Assembly: GCA_038087875.1 (NCBI GenBank)
Contig: CM075991.1
Location: forward strand, 682,001 to 746,000
Source: Malacoraja senta
Lineage: Eukaryota
Length of the DNA stretch: 64,000 nucleotides
Reading direction: 5' to 3'
The notes below the pieces were generated by a model that was given only the letters and a program-made list of their open reading frames with translations, did no database searches and had not been told where the DNA came from. Every line of letters starts with the position of its first letter. Position 1 is the first letter of the stretch. Position numbers and translations under genes: made by a program. Positions 12,934-24,236 of the stretch are shown here, piece after piece.

Positions 12934-14019
12934 GTATCTCCGGTCGCTCTGCGTCCTAACATCGTGGAGCTGGTGGCCTTGCTTGAGACTGACTTTGAAC
13001 GGAGGGGCCATGGACTTACCATCGGAGCCTGCGATCCCTTACCTGGGATCGACGCTCCAACCGTGGCCTGCGGATTTCAACATCGACGAGCTCGCAGTCT
13101 CAGGCAGAGTCTGATGTCGGGAAGCTCTAAGCTGGAGTCGAATCGCCTGGCGCAGGGGGAGCTGAGATCCCCCGATGCGGGAGCTTGATGGCCCTGATGC
13201 GGAGGGCTCGACCCCCGGTTGTGGGAGCCAAGATCGCCCCGACCGCCGTGGGAGAACAAAGAAGGGAAGAGATTGAACTTTTTTTGCCTTCCATCACAGT
13301 GATTCATGTGGTAGTCACTGTGGTGGATGTTCATGTTCAAAGGTATTTGGGTGTCTCGTTGCTCTTTATTGGTACGACTGAATTTCACTGTACCTTAATT
13401 GGTACATGTGACAATAAACAAACCTTGAAGTTTAATAAAAATAATTTGCCTTCTCAGTTCCCATAGCAAATCACATAAGTAGCTTCCCGCCGTGAATGGG
13501 CAGCCTGTGTTTTTAACACAATGGTGTCAGATTACAGTAAACTTTGTTTTGAAGACTTGTCGTATATTGAATTAACTAGCTGCAACCCCAGTTCCCTTTC
13601 TCTGACAAACTTTCCTATCTTGGAAATTCTTTAAAGAATTTGTGGGAGAATTTTCATAGTTAGATTTCCATAAATCAGGTGGTCCGTAACAAGCCCCTGG
13701 TAGGAGCCCCTACATCTCACGCCAGGGACGCTACGGCATTAGAATAGCACAGATGGACAGGGCACCCATGTCACACAACACCTTGTACACTAAACTCTTA
13801 GAAACATAGAAAATAGGTGCAGGAGGAGGCCATTCGGCCCTTCGAGCCAGCACCGCCATTCTGTGATCATGGCTGATCGTCCCCTATCAATAACCCGTGC
13901 CTGCCTTCTCCCCATATCCCTTGACTCCACTAGCCCCTAGAGCTCTATCTAACTATCTTAAATCCATCCAGTGACTTGGCCTCCACTGCCCTCTGTGGCA
14001 GGGAATTCCATAAATTCAC

Positions 14020-15084
14020 TATCTGGACTACAGTTCTTCCCACCCTGCTTCCTGTAAGGACTCCATCCCCCACTCCCAATTCCTCCGTCTATGCCGCATC
14101 TGCTCCCAGGATGAGGCGTTCCACACCAGGGCATCCGAAATGTCCTCATTCTTCAGGGAACGGGGGTTCCCCTCCTCCACCATAGATGAGGCTCGCACCA
14201 GGGTCTCTGCCATACCCCGCAACACTGCTCTCTCTCCCCATCCCCTCACTCACAACAAGGGCAGAGTTCCCCTAGTCCTCACCTTTCACCCCACCAGCCG
14301 TCACATACAACAAGTGATCCTCCGTCAGTTTCGCCACCTCCAACGTGACCCCACCACTCGCCACATCTTCCCATCTCCCCCCATGTCTGCCTTCCGCAAA
14401 GACCGCTCCCTCCGTAACTCCCTTGTCAATTCTTCCCTTCCCTCCCGTACCACCCCCTCCCCTGGTACTTTCCCTTGCAACCGCAAGAGATGCAACACTT
14501 GTCCCTTCACCTCCCCCCTCGACTCTATTCAAGGACCTAAGCAGTCGTTCCAGGTGCGACAAGAGGTTCACCTGCATCTCCTCCAACCTCATCTATTGCA
14601 TCTGCTGCTCTAGATGCCAGCTGATCTACATCGGTGAGACCAAGCGGCGGCTTGGCGATCGTTTCGCCGAACACCTCCGGTCGGTCCGCAATAACCAACC
14701 TGACCTCCCGGTGGCTCAGCACTTCAACTCCCCCTCCCATTCTGTATCTGACCTCTCTGTCCTGGGTCTCCATGGCCACAGCGAGCAACACCGGAAATTG
14801 GAGGAAATGCACCTCATATTCCGCTTGGGCAGTCTACATCATGGTGGCCTGAACATTGAATTCTCCCAATTCTGCTAGCCCTTGCTGTCCCCTCCCCTTC
14901 ATCAGCCATCTGGTTGTCTCCTCCCCTCCCCCAGCCTTCGGGCTCCTCCTCCGCCTTTTTTCCTTTCTTTTTCCCCACCCCCTATCAGTCTGAAGAAGGG
15001 TTTTGGCCCGAAACGTTGCCTATTTCCTTCGCTCCATAGATGCTGCTGCACCCGCTGAGTTTCTCCAGCATTTTATTGTGTGCC
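14020..15084 (+). mobile_element. 5'-truncated Penelope-like retroelement (RT thumb, linker, GIY-YIG endonuclease, 3' terminal region)
   Basis: ORFs 14140-14613 (FRERGFPS..RVPLVLTFHP..CNRKRCNTC) and 14345-14878 (FTCISSNLIYCICC..IYIGETKRRLGDRFAEH..GLN), joined by a frameshift. 14-bp TSD at 14006-14019 and 15085-15098. Confidence 0.92.
14986..15020 (+). ncRNA. Minimal hammerhead-ribozyme-like motif in the PLE 3' region
   Basis: CTGAAGA-A-GGG(ttttgg)CCC-GAAAC-GTT: both conserved HHR boxes, a stem II and an NUH triplet. Stem I is only ~2 bp. Confidence 0.55.
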
Positions 15085-15289
15085 TTCCATAAATTCACAA
15101 CTCTCTGGGTGAAAAAGTTTTTTTCTCACCTCAGTCTAAAATGACCTCCCCTTTATTCTAAGACTGTGGCCCCTGGTTCTGGACTCGCCCAACATTGGGA
15201 ACATTTTTCCTGCATCTAGCTTGTCCAGTCCTTTTATAATTTTATATGTTTCTATAAAATTATAAAAATCTTCAGTTCATAAGTAGTAG

Positions 15290-15635
15290 GAGCACAATTG
15301 GGCCATTCATCCCATCAAATCTACTCCGTCATTCAATCATGGCTGATCTATCTTTCCCTCTCAACCCCATTCTGCCTTCTCCCCAAAACCTTTGGCACCC
15401 TTATTTATCGTGAACCTATCAATCTACACCTTAAAAATATCCATTGGCCTCCACAACCTCCTGTGGCAATGAATTCCACAGATTCACCACCTACTGACAA
15501 AAGAAATTCCTTCTCATCTCCTTTGTAAAGGTATGTCCTTTAATTCTGAGGCTATGACCTCTGGTTCTTGACTCTCCCACTAGTGGAAACATCCTCTCCA
15601 CATCACTCTATCCAGGCCTTTCACTAATCGGTAAC
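15290..15635 (-). mobile_element. CR1 3' fragment
   Basis: Similar to the CR1 3' ends at 5865-6110 and 31160-31485. Confidence 0.75.
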
Positions 15636-15711
15636 ACATGCCCACAAGTATAACCGTGCCCTAGCCCCCGAGCTCTTTGCCTGACAACACTGTGTAATAC
15701 AACATGAATAC

Positions 15712-15885
15712 TGTTCGGGGGAAGGAATGGGTGACGTTTCCGGTCGAGCACCTTCAGTCTGGAGAAGGGTCTCGACCCAAAAGTCACCTTTTCCTTCTCT
15801 CCAGAGATGCTGCCTGTCCTGCTGAGTTACTCCAGCTTTTTGTGTCTATCTTCGGTTTAAACCAGCATCTGCAGTTCCTTCCTAC
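15712..15885. mobile_element. Short palindromic Penelope-related element
   Basis: 10-bp TSD acatgaatac at 15702-15711 and 15886-15895; contains a degenerate HHR-like core cagtctggagaagggtctcgaccc. Confidence 0.75.
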
Positions 15886-16184
15886 ACATGAATACAGTGT
15901 ATGTTGGGTTCAAAAAGTTAATGATGCTCCTTCTTTGCACTGATCTTTTCTCAAAAGGGGTTACTTCCTGTTTTGGGGAATCTTTCAGTGATGTCCAATT
16001 GTTATTCTGAAATTCTGACCCTGTGCGATTCTACGAATACCCAGCAAGTGAGACTGAGCAGTTGATGAGTGTAGTTCACGGTAAAACGATGATGAGCTGT
16101 TTTCCTGGAATCAATGGTCACATCTGCTCTGGGCAGGGGCAAGAGCACAATGGGCTGGGCTTCCTGTTTGACGAGTTTAGATCC

Positions 16185-16920
16185 GTTTAGTTCATTGTTA
16201 CATGTACCAAGGTACAGTGAAAAGCTTTTGTTTAGTTTAGAGATACAATGCGGAAACAGGCCCTTCGGCCCACCGAGTCCACTCTGACCAGCAACCCCCT
16301 GCATATTAACACTATCCTGCACTCACTAGGGAGAATTTACACATACACCAAGCCAATTAACCTACATACCAGTACGTCTTTGGAGTGTGAGAGGAAACCG
16401 AAGATATCGGAGAAAACTCACGCAGGTCACGGGAGAATGTACAAACTCTGTAGAGGCAGCACCCGTAGTCGGGATCGAACATGGGTCTCTGGCGCTGCAA
16501 GCGCTGTAAGGCAACAACCACCACCATGCCACCCCAAACCAGCTGCCCACACTGGTTGCGTGCTTACCAGTTAGCGGAAAGACAATACATGATTATAATC
16601 GAGTATTTACAGTGTACAGATACATGATCAAGGGAATATTGTTTAACGCAAGATAAAGCCAGTAAAGTCCGATCAAAGGGTCCAAGGGTCTCCCATGAGG
16701 TAGATAGTTGCTCAGCACTGTTCTCTAGTTGCAGTAGGATGGTTCAGTTGCCTGATGACAGCTGGGAAGAAAACTCCCTGCATCTGGAGGTGTGCGTTTT
16801 CACACTTCTATATCTTTTGCCCGATGGGGAGAGGGGAGAAGAGGGAGTGACCAGGGTGCGACGTCCTTGATTATGCTGCTGGCCTTGCCGAGGCAGCGTG
16901 AGGTGTAAATGGAGTTGGTG
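16185..16920 (-). mobile_element. Rex1/Babar LINE 3' fragment interrupted by a SINE
   Basis: Minus strand encodes PSGKRYRSVKTHTSR...FFPAVIRQLN (Rex1-type C-terminus); 3'UTR shared with 866-1140. Confidence 0.7.
16228..16535 (-). mobile_element. tRNA-derived SINE (HE1/V-SINE-like)
   Basis: tRNA-like head with B-box (GTTCGATCC), central conserved domain, and CR1-like tail gggccgaagggcctgtttcc..(ctaaa)n. Confidence 0.85.
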
Positions 16921-17635
16921 ATAGAATCAGCAAGGCTCCTTTTTGAACGGTCTGGCGTAAATAAATGAGTTGAGGGCTGACTGGTGGCTAGTGCCGTCAG
17001 TCAATGAATGCCTGGGCTTCCAGCAAGCTTGCTCTGGCCTCAGTGCCCCAGGTCTCTGTGTTATACAGTTTGGAAGCTGTTGGGCCAGGTTGTTGTCTGG
17101 TTGATTTGTGGGGCATTTGGTGCCACACTTGCTCAGTCTGCCAGCCGCAGACAAAATATGTAGGAAGGAACAGCAGATGCTGGTTTAAACCGAAGATAGG
17201 CACAAAGAAGGGTCACGACCTGAAACGTCACCCTCCAGAGATACTGCCTGTCCCGCTGAGTTACTCCAGCTTTGTGTCTATCTGATGGCCGCAGTCTGGC
17301 CTCGTTTGCTGATTCGGACACGGGCGCTGTACCACGTCCATCTGTTGCTCCTTAGCTCGGTACAGTAATCTCCATGAAGACCACGCAGTCACGGAGTGTC
17401 CAAGACCAGCATTGTCCTCCCGATGCACACTCTGCAGGGGGGCTGCCGGCCATCAAAACTGCAGCAGCGGTTAGCCCAGTGAGTAGGGACAGTGGGCGGA
17501 GAGGCTGGCTCCCATTACTAAAAGGAACAACTCTTGAACTGACCACTTCTCCCACCATAAACCTCCATCTACTTGGTGCCTTTAAACACCGGAAAATATT
17601 CCATGGGAATATAGATCGAGGCAAAAATGTGACGG

Positions 17636-17835
17636 NNNNNNNNNNNNNNNNNNNNNNNNNNNNNNNNNNNNNNNNNNNNNNNNNNNNNNNNNNNNNNNNN
17701 NNNNNNNNNNNNNNNNNNNNNNNNNNNNNNNNNNNNNNNNNNNNNNNNNNNNNNNNNNNNNNNNNNNNNNNNNNNNNNNNNNNNNNNNNNNNNNNNNNNN
17801 NNNNNNNNNNNNNNNNNNNNNNNNNNNNNNNNNNN
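17636..17835. other. Assembly gap (200 N)
   Basis: Run of N, followed by a C-rich minisatellite (ccccacacagtggtctcccc-like units) to ~17940. Confidence 1.
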
Positions 17836-18859
17836 CCCCCACACGGCGGTCTCCCCCTCCCCCCACACAGCAGTCACCTCCCTCCCCCGCCCCCACACAG
17901 TGGTCTCCCCCCCCCCCGCCCCCACACAGTGACTCCCCCCCCTCGCCGGGTCCTTCTTTGTTCCCGGCGGTGCAACCTTCGGTTCTGTTCGATGCCCGAA
18001 ACTTCAATTATGTCCCCCCCTATCTTCATCTATCCAACGAAATGAACCTTAACGTATTTAACCCTTCTAGACCTGACAACGTTCTCATAAATCTCTGCAC
18101 CCTCTCCAGCGTAACTACAGTCACAGAACGTGGAAACAGGCCCTACGCCCACACTAGTCCTACCTGCCTGCATTTAGCCCATACATTTCAAATTAAACCT
18201 TTAAATTAAATCCATTTCAACCTTCCATAGCCCTGCTCCAATGTGGTAGAATAAACTGTGACAAGTACTCCAGCTGTGGTCTAACTACTGTTGTAGCCAG
18301 TTGTCCCACCTGTTGCCTCGACAACACCTTTCCAACTGTCTCCTTGACCTTTCTTGCTACTTGAGGGACTACTTGCTCTACAGAATGCAATAACAACTAC
18401 ATCACCTCACACTTCTGCTCAAATTCCACTTGCTATTTTCTGTCTGACTGACCACATCATCTATATCTCTGAAACATTGCTTCCCGACTCTTACGTACGT
18501 GGCTATTTTGTTGCATCGTCTATTAACCTCTATCACACTACATACATTTAAACTTAATTCCTTACTATATGTTAGCTAAAGCAAAACAAGACGGTGAACC
18601 CTGATAACATTGTCCAACCCTGATCAACCATTGCCCTTTGCTTGCTGCTTTTAAAAAAATCAATCTGTTACTCTCGACATGCTTAATGCTGGCGGGGATG
18701 GGGAGTATAAGCAACAGGGAGAGGTTGGACAGACTTGGACTCTTGTCTCTGGTGCGTCAAAGGCCAAAGAGAGACCTGGTAGAAGTATATAAAATGATGA
18801 GAGGCATAGATAGGGTAAACAGTCAGAACCTTTTTCTCAGGATGGAAACTAGAGCGCCT

Positions 18860-19145
18860 AATTTTAGTTTTAGTGGCCCTTCGGCCCACCGAGTCCGTGC
18901 TGACCAGAGATCCCTGCACACTTACACTAAGTTACACACACTAGGGGACAATTTTACAATTATACCAAAACAATTAACCTATACACCCGCACATCTTTGG
19001 AGTGTGGGAGGAAACCGGAGCTCCCAGGGAAAATCCACGGAGATCATGTGGAGAACGTACAAGCTCCTTACAGGCAGCACCCGTAGTCAGGATCAAACCC
19101 TGGTCTCTGGTGCTGTAAGGCAGCAACTCTACCGCTGAGCCGCCA
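18860..19145 (-). mobile_element. tRNA-derived SINE (HE1/V-SINE-like) inserted in a CR1 fragment (~18685-19500, +)
   Basis: Same family as 16228-16535; flanked by the CR1 ORF2 C-terminus (RERLDRLGL..RDLVEVYKMMRG). Confidence 0.8.
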
Positions 19146-19341
19146 TCATCACTGAGGCTCCTCACAATCCCTGCTTTAAGCTGAAGAGGGGCAACGTTTA
19201 AAGGAGATGTGCAGTGAAAGTTTTGTCCCCCCAGAGGATGGTGGGTGCCTGGAACACACTGGTGGGGTGGTGGTTGAAGCTGATACTTTAGTGGTATTTG
19301 AAAGACTTTTAAATAAGCACATGGGAATGCAGGGAATGGAA

Positions 19342-19342
<1 letters not shown>

Positions 19343-19405
<63 letters not shown>
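19343..19405. repeat. (TA)n microsatellite
   Basis: About 31 perfect TA units. Confidence 0.98.
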
Positions 19406-19407
<2 letters not shown>

Positions 19408-19964
19408 ATAACTGTACACAGGTGCAGATAGATAAGTGATGTTCTCAGCATCACATACAGCACAAATATTTGTGGGCCAAAGGGCCCAATCTTGTTCATG
19501 AAATAATATACACGTTCAAGGGTTATAGGAGCACAATTAGGCCATTCAGCCCACCACGTCTACTCTGCATTCAATCATGGCTGATCTAACTTTCCCTCTG
19601 AACCCCATTTTCTTCTATGTGTATGACTAACCAGTCACCTGTGATCTTAGACCAAAACCCTCGCCAACATCTACGCAGACCACATGCATCGCGCCACTCT
19701 CCTCCTTACCATGCACGGATAGCAAATGTTTGTCAGGCACAACTTTCCATTATCAAGGAAAGGAACTGCAGATGGTGGTTTACAAAAAAAAAGACAAAAG
19801 GTGCTGGACTAACGTTGTGTATATTATTGCATGAACAAGTTTGTGCTAATGGTTTGTAATCATAATCAATCTGCGCTGTTCTAAAGAGAGAATTATTCTG
19901 TTAGAATAGATGCCAATAATCACCTGGATCAGCACATGGTCAGGCAGCAAGTGAAGCATTGTAT

Positions 19965-21610
19965 TATAGACAATAGACTATAGGTGCAGCAGTAGGCCAT
20001 TCAGCCCTTCGAGCTAGCACCACCATTCAATGTGATCTTGGCTGATCATCCCCAATCAGTACCCCATTCCTGCCTTCTCCCCATATCCCCTGACTCCGCT
20101 ATTTTTAAGAGCCCTATCTAGCTCTCTCTTGAAAGCATCCAGAGAACCTGCCTCCACCGCCCTCTGAGGCAGAGAATTCCACAGACTCACCACTCTCTGT
20201 GAGAAAAAGTGTTTTCTCGTCTCCGTTCTAAATGGCTTACTCCTTATTCTTAAACTGTGGCCCCTGGTTCTGGACTCCCCCAACATCAGGAACATGTTTC
20301 CTGCCTCTAGCGTGTCCAAACCCTTAACAATCTTATATGATTCAATGAGATTCCCTCGCATCCTTCTAAACTCCAGAGTGTACAAGCTCAGCTGCTCCAT
20401 TCTCTCAGCATATGACAGTCTCGCCATCCCGGGAATTAACCTTGTAAACCTACGCTGCACTCCTTCAATAGCAAGAATGTCCTTCCTCAAATTAGGGGAC
20501 CATATGCACACAATATTCCAGGTGTGGTCTCACCAGGGCTCTGTACAACTGCAGAAGGACCTCTTTGCTCCTATATTCAATTCCTCTTGTTATAAAGGCC
20601 AACATGCCATTCGCTTTCTTCACTGCCTGCTGTACCTGCATGCTTACTTTCATAGACTGATGAACAAGGACCCCCAGATCCCGTTGTACTTCCCCTTTCC
20701 CCAACTTGACGCCACTTAGATAGTAATCTGCCTTCCTGTTTTTGCTACCATAGTGGATAACCTCACATTTATCTGCATTAAACTTCATCTGCCATGCATC
20801 TGCCCACTCCCCCAACCTGTCCAAGTCACCCTGCATTCTCATAGCATCCTCCTCACAGTTCACACTGCCACCCAGCTTTGTGTCATCTGCAAATTTGCTA
20901 ATGTTACTTTGAATCCCTTCATCCAAATCATTGATGTATATTGTAAATAGCTGCCGTCCCAGCACCGAGCCTTCCGGTACCACACTAGTCACTGCCTGCC
21001 ATTCTGAACGGGACCCTTTAATCCCTACTCCTTGTTTCCTGTCCGCCAACCAATTTTCTATCCATGTCAGCACTCTACCCCCAATACCATGTGCCTTAAT
21101 TTTGCACAATAATCTATGTGGGACCTTATCAAATGCTTTCTGAAAGTCCAGGTACGTTATATCCACTGGCTCTCCCTTGTCCATTTTCCTAGTTACATCC
21201 TCAAAAAATTCCTGAAGATTAGTCAAGCATGATTTCCCCTTCGTAAATCCATGTTGAGACAGACCGATCCTGTTACTGCTGTCCAAATGTGCGGCTATTT
21301 AATCTTTTATAATTGACTCCAGCATCTTCCCCACCGATGTCAGGCTAACTGGTCTATAATTCCCTGTTTTGTCGCTCCCGCCTTTTTTAAAAAGTGGGAT
21401 AACATTAGCTACCCTCCAATCCACAGGAACTGATCCCGAGTCCTGAGAACATTGGAAAATTATCACCAATGCATCCACGATTTCTAGAGCCACTTCCTTA
21501 AGTACCCTGGGATGCAGACCATCAGGCCCTGGGGATTTATCAGCCTTCAGTCCCATCAGTCTATCCAACACCATTTCCTGCCTAATGTGGATTTCCTTCA
21601 GTTCCTCCCT
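19965..21610 (-). mobile_element. 5'-truncated CR1 LINE (~1.6 kb, frameshifted ORF2)
   Basis: ORFs 21299-21574 (KSPGPDG, NYRPVSLTS), 20492-21286 (DFQKAFD, FADD) and 20056-20511, plus 3'UTR with tattgtc-type tail. Confidence 0.95.
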
Positions 21611-21959
21611 ACTCCAACCACACTTTACCTTGTGATGCTAGAATGGTCTTGTTACTGGGTGGAGCGGTGGTTTATTTATTGCTGATCCATGGTTTCTGTG
21701 CAGACTATCAGTGATTGCTGGTAAAGATTAATCACGATTGCTCCATTAATTGTGGATTACTAATTGGTGATTGCTAACGTTCATTGATTGGTGATTGCTG
21801 TCATTCATTGGTGAATGTTATCTTGATTGATTGGTGATTGCTGGTTGGTGTATTGATTGATGCTATTTATCGATCAGTGATTCTTACATTGATTGGTGTA
21901 TTGATGAATGTGTGGTGATGGGGTAATGCTGGCATTGATTAATCCTGCTGGGACACATC

Positions 21960-22260
21960 TGTGTAAGGGCCCCCCCCCCACCCCCACTATTGACTGCCCC
22001 CGAGGAGGGGCGGGATGACCGGTGATGGTCGGGGCGGCGGCGGTCACCATTGGCCCGCTGCCCAGGGGCGGGTCAAGTCGGGTTGAGCCGCCGGACAGGC
22101 CTCGTCCCAGTGGGGCTGCAGTCGCGTCCCCGTCCCCGTCCCCGTCCCCGTCCCCGAGCCAGCGCTGCTTCACCCCAGCCCGCCGGCGGCCGCTGCGTGA
22201 GTAAAGTCACTCGGTCAGTGGCTGGCGGTGTGTGTGTCTGTGTGGGGGGAGGTGGGTTGG
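21960..22260 (+). promoter_or_regulatory. CpG island / promoter and putative non-coding exon 1 of the PPP1R3C-like gene
   Basis: CpG-dense with GC boxes (GGGGCGG at ~22006, ~22031, ~22065), ATTGG at ~22049 and donor ctgc|GTGAGT at 22197; ~1.1 kb upstream of the coding exon. Confidence 0.65.
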
Positions 22261-22379
22261 TTTGTCGGGGCTGTTGGTGAAGTGTGGGGCGGGGGGTGGG
22301 TGTGAGGGGGAACAGGGGAGGTGAAGGGGATACTGGGTGGGGGGTGGTAGTGGGGGTGAGGAGGTGGTTGGGGGGGGGG

Positions 22380-22950
22380 GTTGTGGGGAGGGCGGGGTTG
22401 GTGTGTTGGGGGTATGATTGTATGGGGAGGGCAGGTTGTGGGGGTGAGGATTGTCTGGGGAGGGCAGGTTGTGGGGGTGAGGATTGTCTGGGGAGGGCAG
22501 GTTGTGGGGGTGAGGATTGTCTGGGGAGGGCAGGTTGTGGGGGTGAGGAGGTGGTTGGGGGGAGGATTGTATGGGGAGGGCAGGTTGTGGGGGTATGATT
22601 GTATGGGGAGGGCAGGTTGTGGGGGTGAGGTGGTTGGGGGTATGATTATATGGGGAGGGCAGGTTGTGGGGGTGAGGATTGTCTGGGGGGGGCAGGTTGT
22701 GGGGGTGAGGATTGTCTGGGGAGGGCAGGTTGTGGGGGTGAGGATTGTCTGGGGAGGGCAGGTTGTGGGGGTGAGGAGGTGGTTGGGGGGAGGATTGTCT
22801 GGGGAGGGCAGGTTGTGGGGTGAGGATTGTCTGGGGAGGGCAGGTTGTGGGGGGAGGATTGTCTGGGGAGGGCAGGTTGTGGGGTGAGGATTGTCTGGGG
22901 AGGGCAGGTTGTGGGGGTATGATTGTATGGGGAGGGCAGGTTGTGGGGGG
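22380..22950 (+). repeat. G-rich 33-bp minisatellite in intron 1
   Basis: About 15 variant copies of ggggagggcaggttgtgggggtgaggattgtct. Confidence 0.95.
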
Positions 22951-23357
22951 TGAGGAGGGAGCGTTGGTGGATGAGGGTGGGGTGAACAGGTCCAGCTCTG
23001 ACTGCCTGCTCTGGTCAGTGCTGGCCACTATGAGGGAGGGGCAGGGGTATGCTGCACACCCATGAAGTTCTCTCCAATGACAATTTTATTCATTGCATTT
23101 GTCCCCCACCCCTTTGGCTTTCTACAGCCAGTCGCATCCCAGGTTTGCAGGGAGGTTGCATTTGTTTTCCGTGCTATATTGTGGGTAGGAAGCAATCCTT
23201 GCTCATTCACTTCCTCGCTCGCCCCCCCCTCCTTGCCCCAATAACCCTGTTGCTGTTTCTGCACTATAACATGACTGTCTACTCTTCTCTCCCACCCCCA
23301 GCTGCCCTTGCCCCTCTCCAGGGATTTGCCTGCCTGCTGCTTCCACCAAGTGCAGCC

Positions 23358-24236
23358 ATGCCTGTGGATTTTGCCCGACGTCTCTGCCTGAATCATTCCC
23401 CTCCGCTTCACAGCTTGCTGAGCTGCCAGGAGTTCCGAGGTGTGTGCAAACCCAGGCTGAAGCCCATGCGTTCCTGCTTGCATCTTCGAAACAAGGTGGG
23501 AGAGGGGTGGGCAGCCAACCCCCGGGGCTGTGTGGACAAAAAGAAAGTGGTTTTTGCAGATGCGAAGGGTTTCTCGCTCACTGCTGTCCGCATGTTCTCC
23601 GAGACGGAGGACGATCTGTCGGACCTCCAGTTCGAGCTCTCGGACCTGGCCGACTGCGACCCACAACCCGCCAAGAAGGAGGAGCTGCCCCTCAACTTCC
23701 ACCTGCCCGCAACGGATTATTTAAGCTTCCGTTCTCGTTTGCAAGAAAACTTTGTCTGCCTCGAAGACTGTGTGGTCCAAGAGAAGTTCATTTCTGGAAC
23801 GGTCAAAGTGAAGAATCTCAGCTATGAGAAGAAGGTTATGGTCAGGATCACCTTTGACTCGTGGAAAATCTTCCATGACGTTGAGTGTGCGTACTTGAAC
23901 AATGTGTACGGCAGCACGGACACGGACACATTCTGTTTTCAGATCCACCTGCCCGATCATCTCCAAACTCGGGAGAAGATAGAGTTCTGTGTCTCGTTCC
24001 AGTGTGGCCAAGATACCTTCTGGGACAACAACAATGAGGAGAACTATAGAATTCCCAGTGTGGCCTGGCCCCTGGCTGTGGGGACAGCTCGCTGCATGGA
24101 CGACTGCGCTCACTACAACAGCCGAGGGCTGGCACAGGAGGTGGATGTGGAGCGGTTCGGCAGTCCCCGCTCTGCTGACACCATGTTCTCCCAATGGCAG
24201 AGCTGGGGCTGGTTCAATGCTACTGCCCACTGGTGA
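23358..24236 (+). CDS. PPP1R3C: Protein phosphatase 1 regulatory subunit 3C-like (PTG family, CBM21 domain), 292 aa
   Basis: MPVDFARRLCLNHSPP, RVxF motif KKVVFAD, CBM21 (VKVKNLSYEKKVMVRITFDSW, WDNNNEENY) and C-terminal FGSPR..WQSWG, as in PPP1R3C. Kozak GCAGCCATG at 23358; acceptor ..cccctctccag at 23321. Ortholog versus paralog is unresolved. Confidence 0.9.
   Translation: MPVDFARRLCLNHSPPLHSLLSCQEFRGVCKPRLKPMRSCLHLRNKVGEGWAANPRGCVDKKKVVFADAKGFSLTAVRMFSETEDDLSDLQFELSDLADCDPQPAKKEELPLNFHLPATDYLSFRSRLQENFVCLEDCVVQEKFISGTVKVKNLSYEKKVMVRITFDSWKIFHDVECAYLNNVYGSTDTDTFCFQIHLPDHLQTREKIEFCVSFQCGQDTFWDNNNEENYRIPSVAWPLAVGTARCMDDCAHYNSRGLAQEVDVERFGSPRSADTMFSQWQSWGWFNATAHW

Larger units (their letters stand above)
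13798..15270 (-). mobile_element. CR1 3' fragment split by a Penelope-like insertion
   Basis: CR1 3'UTR and C-terminus at 13798-14019 resume at 15085-15250 across a duplicated ttccataaattcac. Confidence 0.85.

Noticed and set aside
16470..16535. tRNA-like sequences at SINE heads (also ~50355, ~55920, ~59850, ~62195)
   Set aside because: They are continuous with SINE bodies and diverged, so they are not tRNA genes.
17374..18045. ORFs of 118-223 aa
   Set aside because: They span the 200-N gap and a C-rich minisatellite; artefacts.
22207..23028. Pro/His-rich 273-aa ORF and overlapping Gly-rich ORFs
   Set aside because: Translations of the 33-bp minisatellite.
23049..23357. N-terminal 103 aa of the 395-aa ORF
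   Set aside because: No PPP1R3 similarity. It contains a polypyrimidine tract and acceptor (23321), so it is probably intron plus 5'UTR; family similarity begins at MPVD (23358).
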